This document shows positions 51,219 through 60,733 of a stretch of DNA of 64,000 nucleotides, in pieces. Below the pieces are notes generated by a model. The model had not been told where the DNA came from. It saw only the letters and a program-made list of their open reading frames with translations, and ran no database searches. The translations under genes and the position numbers were made by a program. This DNA is from Patescibacteria group bacterium (GTDB lineage Bacteria > Patescibacteriota > WWE3 > UBA101185 > UBA10185), in contig JBBAAW010000001.1 of NCBI GenBank assembly GCA_041658075.1, forward strand, positions 24,778-88,777. The letters are read 5' to 3'. The stretch's first letter is position 1. Each line of letters opens with the position of its first letter.

Positions 51219-51570
51219 TTAACGTTTCGGAAACAAGGTCGCCTATTTCAAATGTACAGAAAGTAGGAAACCGGTCAGTAAGAACAGTTTGTAGGGTAAA
51301 AGAATCGATGAGTTTCAGCCCTTTATAGAGAATATAGTCTGTTGAGGTACCGTCGGCTGCTGTTGGGTTGTCTATCCCTACAATTTCTAAACCTTTAGCA
51401 ATAAACTCTGGAAACAGGTTGCTGTATTCTTTAGGTGGGTAGTTAAAGTCTTGATTAGCATAAGTAGATTGTAGCACGAGCATGAGACGGTAAGCGAGGA
51501 TTTTATAGGTTTGGTTCTCTTCACTTCGATGACCAAGCTGTTATTGCTTTGTGCATGTTATAATTGCCCC

Positions 51571-52545
51571 ATGAAAATAATGGTTACTGGGTGTGCCGGG
51601 TTTATCGGTTCCCATCTATCCGAGAGACTTACAAGTTTGGGACATGAAGTTATTGGTGTAGATAAATTCTCGGATTACTACCCCGTCTTTCTCAAAGAAC
51701 TTAATGCAAAAGATTTAGAGTCTAAAGGTGTAAAAATATACAAGCGCGATATATTAACCAGCGATTTAACCGATATTTGTAAAGACATTGATTTTGTATT
51801 TCATCTTGCCGCCACGCCTGGGATTTCAGATAAAATACCTTACGAAGAGTATTTAAATAACAACGAACTGGCTACCTTTAAACTTCTTCAGCATTTTAGG
51901 AAGTCGCCGAATTTAAAATGCTTTTTTAATATCTCTACCTCCTCGGTTTATGGTGCTTTTGCGACTGACGCAGAAAACGCGGATCCAAAACCCACCTCTT
52001 ATTATGGTGTTACTAAACTTGCCGCGGAGCAACTTGCTTTATCATATAGCCGTGAGGAAGGTTTCCCTGCTTGTTCATTTAGATTGTTTTCTGTGTATGG
52101 AGAAAGAGAAAGACCCGATAAATTTTATCCAAGATTGATTATGGCTTTGTTGGAAGGTAGGGAGGTCCCTCTTTATGAGGGCAGCGAAAAGCATATTAGA
52201 AGTTATACTTATATTTCCGATATAATTGATGGTTTTATACTTGGGCTTGATAAATATAAAAAATGTTGTGGTGAAATCTTCAATTTGGGGACTGATAAAA
52301 CTAACACAACAGGTGATGCTATGCGCATTGCTCAAGAAATTGTGAATAAGCCACTAAAGATAAAAAGATTGCCAAAGAGAACTGGCGATCAAGAAAAAAC
52401 TTCCGCAAATATTGAAAAGATAAAAAGAGTATTAGGATACGCGTCGGATACTACACTAGAAGAAGGATTGGAAAAGGATATCAGCTGGTTTAAGAATAGG
52501 ATACTTGGGAAATATAACTATTGGGAAGAGGTTTTTGGAAAATAG
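51571..52545 (+). CDS. NAD-dependent epimerase/dehydratase (GalE-like SDR)
   Basis: MKIMVTGCAGFIGSHL. YGVTKLAAE catalytic motif. Start chosen at the internal ATG. Confidence 0.75.
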   Translation: MKIMVTGCAGFIGSHLSERLTSLGHEVIGVDKFSDYYPVFLKELNAKDLESKGVKIYKRDILTSDLTDICKDIDFVFHLAATPGISDKIPYEEYLNNNELATFKLLQHFRKSPNLKCFFNISTSSVYGAFATDAENADPKPTSYYGVTKLAAEQLALSYSREEGFPACSFRLFSVYGERERPDKFYPRLIMALLEGREVPLYEGSEKHIRSYTYISDIIDGFILGLDKYKKCCGEIFNLGTDKTNTTGDAMRIAQEIVNKPLKIKRLPKRTGDQEKTSANIEKIKRVLGYASDTTLEEGLEKDISWFKNRILGKYNYWEEVFGK

Positions 52546-52549
52546 GTCT

Positions 52550-53527
52550 ATGAACGAAGAACTGAACGCTAAAAAAATTTCAATTGTTATTCCTTGTTAC
52601 AACGAGGAAAAAAATATAAATCGTACTTTGGATGGGCTTTTAGCTCTGGTTAAGAACGACTCAATTTTGTCAAAATATAATAGCCAGATTATTGCAGTAG
52701 ACGACGGTAGCAAAGATGGCACTTGGAAAATAATCAGCAATTACGCCCAAAAAGAGTTAACAATAAAAGGCGTACGACTGATGGGAAATTTTGGACAGAG
52801 TTGTGGCTATCAAGCGGGTTTTGACGCCTCGGATGGAGACTTTGTTCTAACGGTTTCTGCGGATTTGGAAATTCCGCTTGAAAATTTGTCTAAAGTGGTG
52901 GAGCTTTTAGAACAAGGCTACGACTTTGTTAATACTAATCGAAAGAACCGTTGGGGCGGGGAGAAAAAAGCAAAAAGCGGCATGGCCAACAAGATTATCA
53001 GCAAAGTTTCAGGTGTTTCCATGCAGGATCGGGGTTCCGGAATGAAGGGTTTTGCCCGCGTTTTAGTGGACAATATAAAGTTTTATGGCGACATGCACAG
53101 ATTTATTCCGGATTACTTAACCGTTTACCATGCCAAAATGATTGAGTTTGATGTGGAGTTTAAAGATCGCGATTTTGGTGTTTCAGCCTACAAGGGTAGT
53201 AAACGAACTGTTCAGGTTTTGTTGGACATTATAACTCTGGCCTTTATGCTTAAATTTGCCAGAAAGCCTTTTAGCATGATGCCGGGAAGGCTTTTTGGGT
53301 TTACTGGGGCGATTATTTCAGGCTTTGGCGGTATGGGTATGTTGTATCTGTTTGTTTTAAAAATCTTAGGTCAGAGTATTAGTAACAGGCCTCTGCTTAT
53401 CGCTTCAGTTTTAATGTTAGTTGTAGGTGTTCAATTGGTTATGACTGGGTTATTAGGCGAACTCATGATGCGAGTATATTTTGAATCCTCAGGTCGTAAA
53501 ACCTACGCGGTTAGAGAAACTTGTTAG
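52550..53527 (+). CDS. Glycosyltransferase family 2 with 2 C-terminal TM helices (Dpm1/GtrB-like)
   Basis: ISIVIPCYNEEKNI, VDDGSKDGT, SADLE. Confidence 0.75.
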   Translation: MNEELNAKKISIVIPCYNEEKNINRTLDGLLALVKNDSILSKYNSQIIAVDDGSKDGTWKIISNYAQKELTIKGVRLMGNFGQSCGYQAGFDASDGDFVLTVSADLEIPLENLSKVVELLEQGYDFVNTNRKNRWGGEKKAKSGMANKIISKVSGVSMQDRGSGMKGFARVLVDNIKFYGDMHRFIPDYLTVYHAKMIEFDVEFKDRDFGVSAYKGSKRTVQVLLDIITLAFMLKFARKPFSMMPGRLFGFTGAIISGFGGMGMLYLFVLKILGQSISNRPLLIASVLMLVVGVQLVMTGLLGELMMRVYFESSGRKTYAVRETC

Positions 53528-53529
53528 TT

Positions 53530-53765
53530 TTTTCACATTGAAATGAACTGGGGGCTGAGATTGTCAAACGTCTGTGTATGACGTATCTCAGTCCCCGCCC
53601 GCCTGCGAGAGCGTCTAGCTGAAACTAGTCGCCCCACCCTCCCTTGCACAGCGTGCCCCCGCAATGAACACCTCTGTTGCACCCATCGCAACCGCAATTG
53701 CAGGAGCCGTGCACTCCACTTAGGTGGGTGAAAGTGTGAACGACCGCTGTTGCGGTCGTTTTTCC
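53530..53765 (+). ncRNA. Candidate structured ncRNA or long 3'UTR (GC-rich, several hairpins, ends at the intrinsic terminator)
   Basis: 11-bp hairpin at 53551-53596. Long-range CCCACC/GGTGGG complementarity. No ORF on either strand. Confidence 0.25.
53739..53765 (+). terminator. Rho-independent terminator (9-bp stem AACGACCGC/GCGGTCGTT, loop TGTT, T-run)
   Basis: Perfect hairpin followed by TTTTT, read directly from the sequence. Confidence 0.55.
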
Positions 53766-54274
53766 GGAACGCACTCGACTTCGACTACGACGTCTCATTA
53801 CAGCACCTCCTGATAAGAGATTGTGCGAATTATATCATAAGAACAATTGGTACGATTAAAGAGTTGGTCAAATTTGAGGAGGAACTGGGGAGTGCGGGCT
53901 ATCAAATAAATGATCTTTTGACAGTAATCGCAGCTCCCCGTTGCCGACCTTTTATCAGTCACACCGCACACCCGTTGGTTGCGATTCCGCAGTGCGCTCC
54001 TATGTCACACCGGGTACACCCGCAGGAGCAGCCTCCCTTCAATGTGTGCAAAAGGCGATGGAGATGTTCCATCACGTGGGAAAACGTTAAGATATGCACA
54101 GCACTCCTCCTGTTTAGAGATTACATGGATTATATCACAAAGATAGCTGGTAGAATTCACAGGAAGTGTACACTATAAACGTACGCTGTCAAAATGGCGG
54201 AGGGTGTGGGACGTACTTGGAACTTTCTTTTCGGATTATAGTAAATACTGCACTGTTTTGCTAAAATAATTGAC

Positions 54275-54775
54275 ATGGTAGACCAAGAACAGTGTTGTAA
54301 GAACCTAATAAACAACTTGAATACGAATAACGCAGATTATAAGCTGTTTGAACATAGAGTGGCTTTAACATACGAAGATTTACAGGCAGTACAAAGAGAG
54401 GCGGGTTTTATAGGTGCTGAAGGTAAATGTATGGTTTTGAAATCTGAATTAGGTTTCATAGTTTATGTTACTTTGCAGGGTAAAAGAGTTGACTTGGAAA
54501 GAATAAAAAACACTCTTGGAGTTAAAAAAATTCGCTTAGCACTTCCTGAAGAATTAAAAGAATATTTTGGGGCAGAACCCGGGTGTGCATATCCTTTTGG
54601 ATTCTCTGAACAAGTAGATATTTATGTTGACCCTAACATCTACAAACAAGAGTGGTTTCTTTTCAGCCCTGTATACCCATCTAAAACAATTCAGGTAAAA
54701 GGTACTGATTTAGAAAAAGTTTTCTCATCTTTAAACAACAAAGTAACTATAGTCACAAATTTCAATCAAGCATAA
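54275..54775 (+). CDS. YbaK/ProX-like aminoacyl-tRNA trans-editing (deacylase) domain protein, paralog 1
   Basis: KCMVLKS (conserved Lys) and GCAYPFG (GxxP) align with the paralog at 60734-61222. Confidence 0.5.
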   Translation: MVDQEQCCKNLINNLNTNNADYKLFEHRVALTYEDLQAVQREAGFIGAEGKCMVLKSELGFIVYVTLQGKRVDLERIKNTLGVKKIRLALPEELKEYFGAEPGCAYPFGFSEQVDIYVDPNIYKQEWFLFSPVYPSKTIQVKGTDLEKVFSSLNNKVTIVTNFNQA

Positions 54776-54830
54776 AATTATCTTCACTTTGGAACTGATG
54801 CGCTTAATCTGGGTGTCTTGTTTTGATACA

Positions 54831-54920
54831 TGGCGGAGGGTGTGGGATTCGAACCCACGCGCAGCTTTGACACCGCGACGGTTTAGCAAACCGTTGCCGT
54901 AACCACTTGGCTAACCCTCC
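54831..54920 (-). tRNA. tRNA-Ser (anticodon GCT), type II with long variable arm, CCA encoded
   Basis: Cloverleaf folded by hand: acceptor GGAGGGT/ACCCTCC, anticodon loop TTGCTAA, variable arm CGCGGTGTCAAAGCTGCGCG, T-loop GGGTTCGAATCCC, discriminator G. Confidence 0.85.
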
Positions 54921-55037
54921 TCGTTTTGGTGGGGCTATTATTCCGAAGCTATTATACTATGAAATAACAGAGCATAGGTGGTCGCTTGCTCACCCATGGT
55001 ACGTGACGAACGTTGCGGCGGGAGATATACTCGTTTA

Positions 55038-56657
55038 ATGAAAAAGGTTAAGAAAGTTCTTAAGAAGATAGAACCCCAAAAAGCACCGCTAAATAATTTT
55101 AAAGACATTATTAATTTTTATCGACTCAATTGGACAATTCTTTTGCTCATCGTAGTAATTGCAACCATTGCTTATGCCAATAGTTTGGGTGGGCAGTTTG
55201 TTTCTGCTGACGACATATCATCCATAGTTCAAAATCAACGTTTGCGAGACTTTCCTAATGTTGTAAAGTCGCTAAACTTTACTTCTTCATATGCCTCCGC
55301 CTTGATTAACGTTTTTGGCGTAGTTCCGTTGCCATTTCATTTAACTGCTCTGTTAGTCCACATTCTAAACGCCTTTTTGGTTTTGCTTCTAACTTATATC
55401 TTATTTGGTAGAAGGCCTGCCTTATACGCGTCTCTAATATTTTCTGTGCTCCCAACCGGAAGCGAGGCCCTTTTTTGGATATCCGGCATGGTGTATATGT
55501 TTATCACCTTTTTTTCACTACTTTGTATTAACCTTTATTTCATTTACCGGTCGACAAAAAATTGGCGATTTCTCGCTCTGTCGGTTTTTATCTATTTAAT
55601 CGCGCTTATTCTTATGCAGACTCCGTGGATGTTAACGGTCCCATTCATTATTTTCTCTTTGGACCTTTTTACCGTTTCACCAATATTAAACTTATTAAAC
55701 TTGCGGAAAGCCGGAAATTTTATCCTTTTATTAAAAGATCGGTGGAGCTATGCTATTTATCTTTTGTGTCTGGCGGTTTTTTGGTTGGTTTGGATAGGCG
55801 GTCAATACTCAAAACGTGTAACCGGACTTGTTTTAGACTATTACAGTTCTTCCGATTCTACGCCCTTAATAAAGCGTTTGCCTTACACAATTTACAAGAC
55901 AGTAGAGTTATATATTTTTCCCAATCGGTTAAGTTTCTTTCATGAGGAAGATTTGACTACGGATATGTACGTTTACATGATCGCTGTGTCCGCACTATTA
56001 ATGTTCTTGATCGTGTATCTGATCTACAAAAAGTCAAAATATGCGGGTCTTGTTTTGGCAATAGCGGCCTCCGTTGCCCCTACATTCAGTCCCGTACAAG
56101 TGGCTTGGTTTGTTGCAGAACGCTATCTTTATCTTGGCTCCGCCCTTTTTGCCATGATTTTGTCGCTCATAATTATTAAAGTTGACTATAGGTATACTAT
56201 TAAGAATTTAGCTAATTACATTTTAGTAACGCTCCTTCTTTTGTATTCGGTGCGTTTGTTTATTAGAGCAGGTGACTTTAAATCCAGCAAAACCCTGTGG
56301 ACGGCCACGCAAAAAACCGCGCCTATTAGCTACCGTGTTTACAACAATCTAGGAGATGTTTACTCCAACGAACAAAATTGGGAAATGGCTATAGCAAGCT
56401 TTAAAACGGCCATACAAATCGCACCTAATTACTACGATGCTATTCATAATCTAGGTTATACTTATATGTTAATGGGCGACTACGAAAACGCCAAGAAATA
56501 TTTGCTGGAGTCGTATCAGATAAATAACAACCTTTATCAGGCTGTGGAAAAACTAGGTCAGATTGAGCTTAAGCAGGGGAACAAGGAAAAAGCAAAAGAG
56601 TATTTCAATAAAGCCTTGGAAATAAACCCAAACCTCACGGGACTGCCAAAGTTATAG
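55038..56657 (+). CDS. TMTC-like protein: N-terminal multi-TM (GT-C/DUF1736-like) domain + C-terminal TPR repeats
   Basis: ~9 TM helices, then 4-5 TPR units (AIASFKTAIQIAPNYYDAIHNLGYTYMLMGDYENAKKYL...). Start set at MKKVKK. Confidence 0.55.
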   Translation: MKKVKKVLKKIEPQKAPLNNFKDIINFYRLNWTILLLIVVIATIAYANSLGGQFVSADDISSIVQNQRLRDFPNVVKSLNFTSSYASALINVFGVVPLPFHLTALLVHILNAFLVLLLTYILFGRRPALYASLIFSVLPTGSEALFWISGMVYMFITFFSLLCINLYFIYRSTKNWRFLALSVFIYLIALILMQTPWMLTVPFIIFSLDLFTVSPILNLLNLRKAGNFILLLKDRWSYAIYLLCLAVFWLVWIGGQYSKRVTGLVLDYYSSSDSTPLIKRLPYTIYKTVELYIFPNRLSFFHEEDLTTDMYVYMIAVSALLMFLIVYLIYKKSKYAGLVLAIAASVAPTFSPVQVAWFVAERYLYLGSALFAMILSLIIIKVDYRYTIKNLANYILVTLLLLYSVRLFIRAGDFKSSKTLWTATQKTAPISYRVYNNLGDVYSNEQNWEMAIASFKTAIQIAPNYYDAIHNLGYTYMLMGDYENAKKYLLESYQINNNLYQAVEKLGQIELKQGNKEKAKEYFNKALEINPNLTGLPKL

Positions 56658-56776
56658 AGGACTATCTAACCCGTTACGCGCTTGCGCTTTTGGGTTCTTC
56701 GCCTTATGTCTTTTCTCTTTTGCGCATCGCGCTTCTTCTTTTTTAGTGCCATAATCTTTCCGTCATGACGCCCCCG

Positions 56777-57136
56777 TTAACTAACCAGCTTAACGGAAAA
56801 CTTCATTCTTTTTACATTTCCGTCGGCGTCAACTATCTCTAATGTACCGTTATCCTTATAATAGTCAACCAATTCCTGTGAGAGAATTTCACGGTTATCC
56901 TTAATCTCTTGCATCTTTTCTTTAATTTCCTCCTGATAACCTTTAATCACCGCCGTGCTCGTTATTTTATCCTTTTTTTCTTTTCGGCTCTTTTTAGTTT
57001 CTTCGTCCTCTTCCAACATTTTACTGTAATTGGGATCATCCATGAGCGCATCTTCTAAGTCGCCTTTAAGTTTGTTGATCTCGTGTATTAGGTCGTCCAA
57101 AATTTTAAGTCGCTTTTGAATTACACCGTTTTCCAT
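56777..57136 (-). CDS. Hypothetical charged coiled-coil protein
   Basis: 119-aa Lys/Glu-rich ORF. No family recognised. Confidence 0.35.
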   Translation of the reverse strand: MENGVIQKRLKILDDLIHEINKLKGDLEDALMDDPNYSKMLEEDEETKKSRKEKKDKITSTAVIKGYQEEIKEKMQEIKDNREILSQELVDYYKDNGTLEIVDADGNVKRMKFSVKLVS

Positions 57137-57164
57137 GTTGACAGGCTACATTATTTGAACGACT

Positions 57165-57191
57165 TTGGCAAGGCTAGTTTCGTAGTATAAT
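57165..57191 (+). promoter_or_regulatory. Putative promoter for tRNA-Pro (TTGGCA-15nt-TATAAT), followed by an 8-bp inverted repeat TTCGTCAT-N12-ATGACGAA
   Basis: Perfect -10 TATAAT ~40 nt upstream of the tRNA 5' end. Confidence 0.35.
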
Positions 57192-57231
57192 AACCTTCGT
57201 CATTACGGTCTTGTCATGACGAAAGGTCACG

Positions 57232-57307
57232 CGGGGTGTGGCGCAGTTGGTAGCGCGCCAGTATGGGGTACTGGAGGCCCGCGGTTCGAGCCCGCGCACC
57301 CCGACCA
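57232..57307 (+). tRNA. tRNA-Pro (anticodon GGG), CCA encoded
   Basis: Acceptor CGGGGTG/CACCCCG, D-arm GCGCAGTTGGTAGCGC, anticodon loop ATGGGGT, T-arm CGCGGTTCGAGCCCGCG, discriminator A. Confidence 0.85.
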
Positions 57308-57322
57308 TTGTATAATTGAAAA

Positions 57323-58060
57323 GTGATAAGAAAACTTGCCGTATTTTTAATCGTATCAATAGTTTTAGCCGGCGGTTACTTGGTTCTCACTTACGCAAAT
57401 TTTTACAACAACATCGGAGAGAAAAACTTGCAAAGTCCATTTAATCAAAATATTTTTACGCTAGTGAATCCTCAAAAAGAAGGCATTGTTAAGTATGTAG
57501 CATTGGGTGACAGTCTAACAGCGGGAGTTGGTAGCGATGATATAAAGTTGACCCTTGTTTACCAAATGGCATTAAATCTTTCTAAACAGTTTGGCAGAGT
57601 AGATGTTGTTAATCTAGCTCAACCCGGGGCAACCAGTGAGGATCTTATTGTTGATCAGTTAGCCGTTGCCATCAATGAGAAACCCGATCATGTAACTTTG
57701 TTAATAGGGATAAACGACATTCATAATAAAGTTAGGGTGACGGATTATAAAAATCGTTTGTCTTATACCTTCGACGAGCTACTAACCAAAACAAGCGCAC
57801 AGATAATTTTAATCAACCTTCCATACCTTGGAGCTTCCGACGTTATACCCTTTCCGTTTAGCAATATATTGGACGCAAGAACCAAACAATTTAATAAAGT
57901 CATTGAGGAGCTTGGGCACAACGATCGGATTAAACTAATCGACCTGTATATACCGTCACGCCAGCCGTTTTCAGAAAATCTAAGTTACTACGCTTCCGAT
58001 CATTTTCATCCGTCCGGCGAGGGCTATATGTTTTGGGGAAAAGTAATTAATGCAGATTGA
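57323..58060 (+). CDS. SGNH/GDSL-family hydrolase (esterase/acylhydrolase) with N-terminal TM anchor
   Basis: VALGDSLTAGVGSD (block I GDS), GINDI (block III), DHFHPSGEGY (DxxH block V). Confidence 0.7.
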   Translation: MIRKLAVFLIVSIVLAGGYLVLTYANFYNNIGEKNLQSPFNQNIFTLVNPQKEGIVKYVALGDSLTAGVGSDDIKLTLVYQMALNLSKQFGRVDVVNLAQPGATSEDLIVDQLAVAINEKPDHVTLLIGINDIHNKVRVTDYKNRLSYTFDELLTKTSAQIILINLPYLGASDVIPFPFSNILDARTKQFNKVIEELGHNDRIKLIDLYIPSRQPFSENLSYYASDHFHPSGEGYMFWGKVINAD

Positions 58061-59049
58061 ACTGTCATCCCAGACCATTTTCTTCATTGTGCTGTTATTA
58101 TTAGTGGTTGTTCTTACCATTAAAAAAAGTGTCAAAGGAGGCGGATTCAGCACGACTCTTACCAACGGGCTAAAGGGTGTAGCAATTCTCATGGTGATTT
58201 TTAGTCACGTTGGGTATTTTCTAACCTCAGACCACACTTTTTTATACCCACTTTCTGTGGCTGGCGGTATTGGGGTAAACGTTTTTCTTCTTCTTTCCGG
58301 TTTTGGTTTTACGACTTCTGCTTTAAAATCTAGCATAAGTCTTAAGGAATTTTACTTTAAACGACTTAAAAAGATTTTTATTCCTATGTGGGTAGTTTTG
58401 GGTCCGTTACTTATTTTGGACTTTCTTGTTTTAGGTCGACATTATGGATTCAAGACCGTTTTAGATAGTTTCTTGGGGTGGTTTCCCAGAGCAGATGTTT
58501 TTTTGGACATAGATTCGCCGCTTTGGTATTTTACCGCCATACTGTTTTATTACTTACTTTTTCCTTTGATATTCTCCAAACGGCAGCCGTTTTTATCAGC
58601 GATTTTGATGCTCCTTTTAGGTTGTATTTTAGTCGATTTAAAACTGCCTGTAGTTGTGGACGTGCTTAAACTTTACAAACTGCATTACATGGCTTTTCCT
58701 TTTGGAATGCTTTTAGCGATTTTGTTAAGACAGCGATTAACTATTCCGACAGTTGCTTCACGCCCGATATTATTAACCGTTAAGTTTGCTGATAGTATTT
58801 TTTCTTAAAAGTTATTACTCCCGTTTCTTGACTTTGTTGGGTGCTTATTCTTACGAAATATATCTAGTTCACTGGCCTTTAATAAGTCGCTACGACTTTT
58901 TATACAATCGGTTTCCTGCCTCACTAGCTACCTTTTTATATCTTGTCGTTCTATTGGTATTAGCGGTTACTCTAAAATTTCTAACCAGCCGACTTATTGG
59001 ATTATCTGTCTGTTCTGATAAAATACATGTCGATGGCAAATATTCTTAA
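58050..59049 (+). pseudogene. Acyltransferase family 3 (membrane O-acyltransferase) gene split by a 1-nt frameshift in a T6 homopolymer (58798-58803)
   Basis: ORFs 58050-58808 and 58786-59049 carry the N- and C-terminal AT3 parts (GLKGVAILMVIFSH ... GAYSYEIYLVHWP). Deleting one T joins them in frame. Confidence 0.55.
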
Positions 59050-60727
59050 AATTAACCTTAGTGACAAAAGTTATAAATTAGCCTCGATCGATAAGAAGAT
59101 CATAAAAACCTATTTAGGCGGAAGAGGGCTGGGGGCATACTTATATTCCAAAAGCCCCAAAAAAGCGGAAGATCCTGATAACTCGGTTTTTATAGTTCCA
59201 GGGCTACTTACAGGAACAATGTTTCCTTCCTCAAGTAGAAGTTTTGTAGTTACATCTTCTCCTTTAACAAACTATTACACCGCCTCTTCTTTTGGAGGAA
59301 TGTTTGGGGCGTTTCTTAAACATTCCGGTATTTCTGTTTTGGAAATGTCGGGTCGTTCAAATACTTGGCACTATCTGGTTGTTGAAGACAGTAAGGTTGC
59401 GTTTAAGGATGCAAAGGACTTAATGGGAAAAACAGTGCTCGAAACACAGGAAATTCTGCAGAAGAAATTCAAAGACAGAAAAGTGTCGATAGCTGCAATA
59501 GGGCAGGGAGGAGAAAATTTAGTGAAATTTTCCTCTTTAATGTTCGATAAAAGAGCTGCGGGCAGAACCGGTACAGGTTGGCACTTTGGGTTTAAGAAGA
59601 TAAAGGCCATTGTTGTAGTAGGAGGCAATAATCTTGAAATATCTGAAAATCCTCAGAAGGTGCGGAAAATAATCAGAGAGTTGTTTTCAAAAAAGCTGGA
59701 GAATGACAAGAAAAAACCCGATTACGCCACATCTGCCTTCACGGAATGGTCAAACTTGGTTCAAACCTATCCGGCGAGTAATTATCGGAACAATTTTGTG
59801 TCGGGAAAGGACATCATTGGCTTAAGCGGTGACACACTCAAAAAGTTTGGAGTAAAGAAAGAGGCATGCTGGAGTTGCCCACTTGCCTGCACCAGAATTG
59901 TGAAGGATCAAAAGTTGCAGGAAGTAAAAGGTCCTGAATACGAAACTATTTGGGCACTTGGCGCAAATTGTGACAACTTTGACATGGGGGTTGTTATAAA
60001 GTGTAATCACCTATGTGACAGCTTTAGCTTGGATACTATAAGCACCGGAGGAGTTCTTGCCTGGTATAAGGAGTGTATTGACGTAGGGTTAGTAAGAGAT
60101 AAATGGTCTCCCGATAAAATGTATAAACTGATTGAAGAGACTGCCTTGCGTAAAGGAGTGGGTAAATACTTAGCTGACGGTGTTGTAGTTGCAGCAAAAC
60201 ATTTTGGTTTTGGTTCAGAACTGGTAGCGCACTCAAAAGGGTTGGAATTGCCCGCTTGGGATCCCAGATCGGCAATAGGGATGGCTGTTAGTTATGCTAC
60301 GTCTCCCACCGGCGGTGATCATTGCAAAGGTTGGACCGTAGCGGAAGATACGGCCGAGCCAAAAGTGCGCTTTTCTATCAAAGGCAAGGCGCAAAATGTC
60401 ATAAAGCAACAAAACCGGTCCGCCTTAATAGATTCTCTAGGGACCTGTATGTTCGCGGAATTTTTGTACGACTTGGATATTTGGTCCCAAATAATTTCTG
60501 CTTTTTTTGGCTGGAAAAAATCTTTGGTTGAATTAAACAAAGTGGGTGAAAAAGTATTTGATACTGAGTACAAAATAAATAAAAAGCTCGGGCATAAATT
60601 AAGTGAGAACACTCTTCCTAGTAAGATTATCGATTATGAAATCAAGGTGGATGGAGAAAAAGTCGTTCTCACCCGTAAAATGTTTACCGATATGATGAGG
60701 GATTATGTTAAACTTCGTGGTTGGTAG
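59034..60727 (+). CDS. Aldehyde:ferredoxin oxidoreductase (AOR)-family tungsto/molybdopterin enzyme
   Basis: AOR N-terminal domain pattern (ILKINLSDKSYKL...YLGGRGLGAYL). ~565 aa. Start chosen at MANILK. Confidence 0.6.
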
Positions 60728-60733
60728 GAATTT

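Noticed and set aside
51205-51483. 92-aa minus-strand ORF in the 51.2-51.57 kb intergenic region
   Set aside because: No motifs and no upstream signals. It sits in the likely promoter region of the epimerase gene. It was left unannotated as uncertain rather than called.
53700-53760. Group II intron domain V-like string (GAGCCGUG...GAAAG)
   Set aside because: The two arms cannot form the 14-bp DV helix, and no IEP ORF or other intron domains are present.
53700-53765. Possible T-box leader (UUAGGUGGGUGA resembles the T-box AGGGUGGNACC) upstream of the YbaK-like gene
   Set aside because: The ACCGCG part and the antiterminator/terminator register do not fit. No specifier-loop/stem I architecture is recognisable. 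It is kept only as a generic structured RNA.
53750-54178. 142-aa ORF in the GC-rich intergenic region
   Set aside because: Cys/Arg/His/Pro-rich composition typical of translated GC-rich non-coding DNA. It contains the internal nucleotide direct repeat and has no start context, so the region is treated as non-coding RNA or regulatory.
57174-57359. 61-aa minus-strand ORF
   Set aside because: Overlaps tRNA-Pro completely, so it is an artefact.
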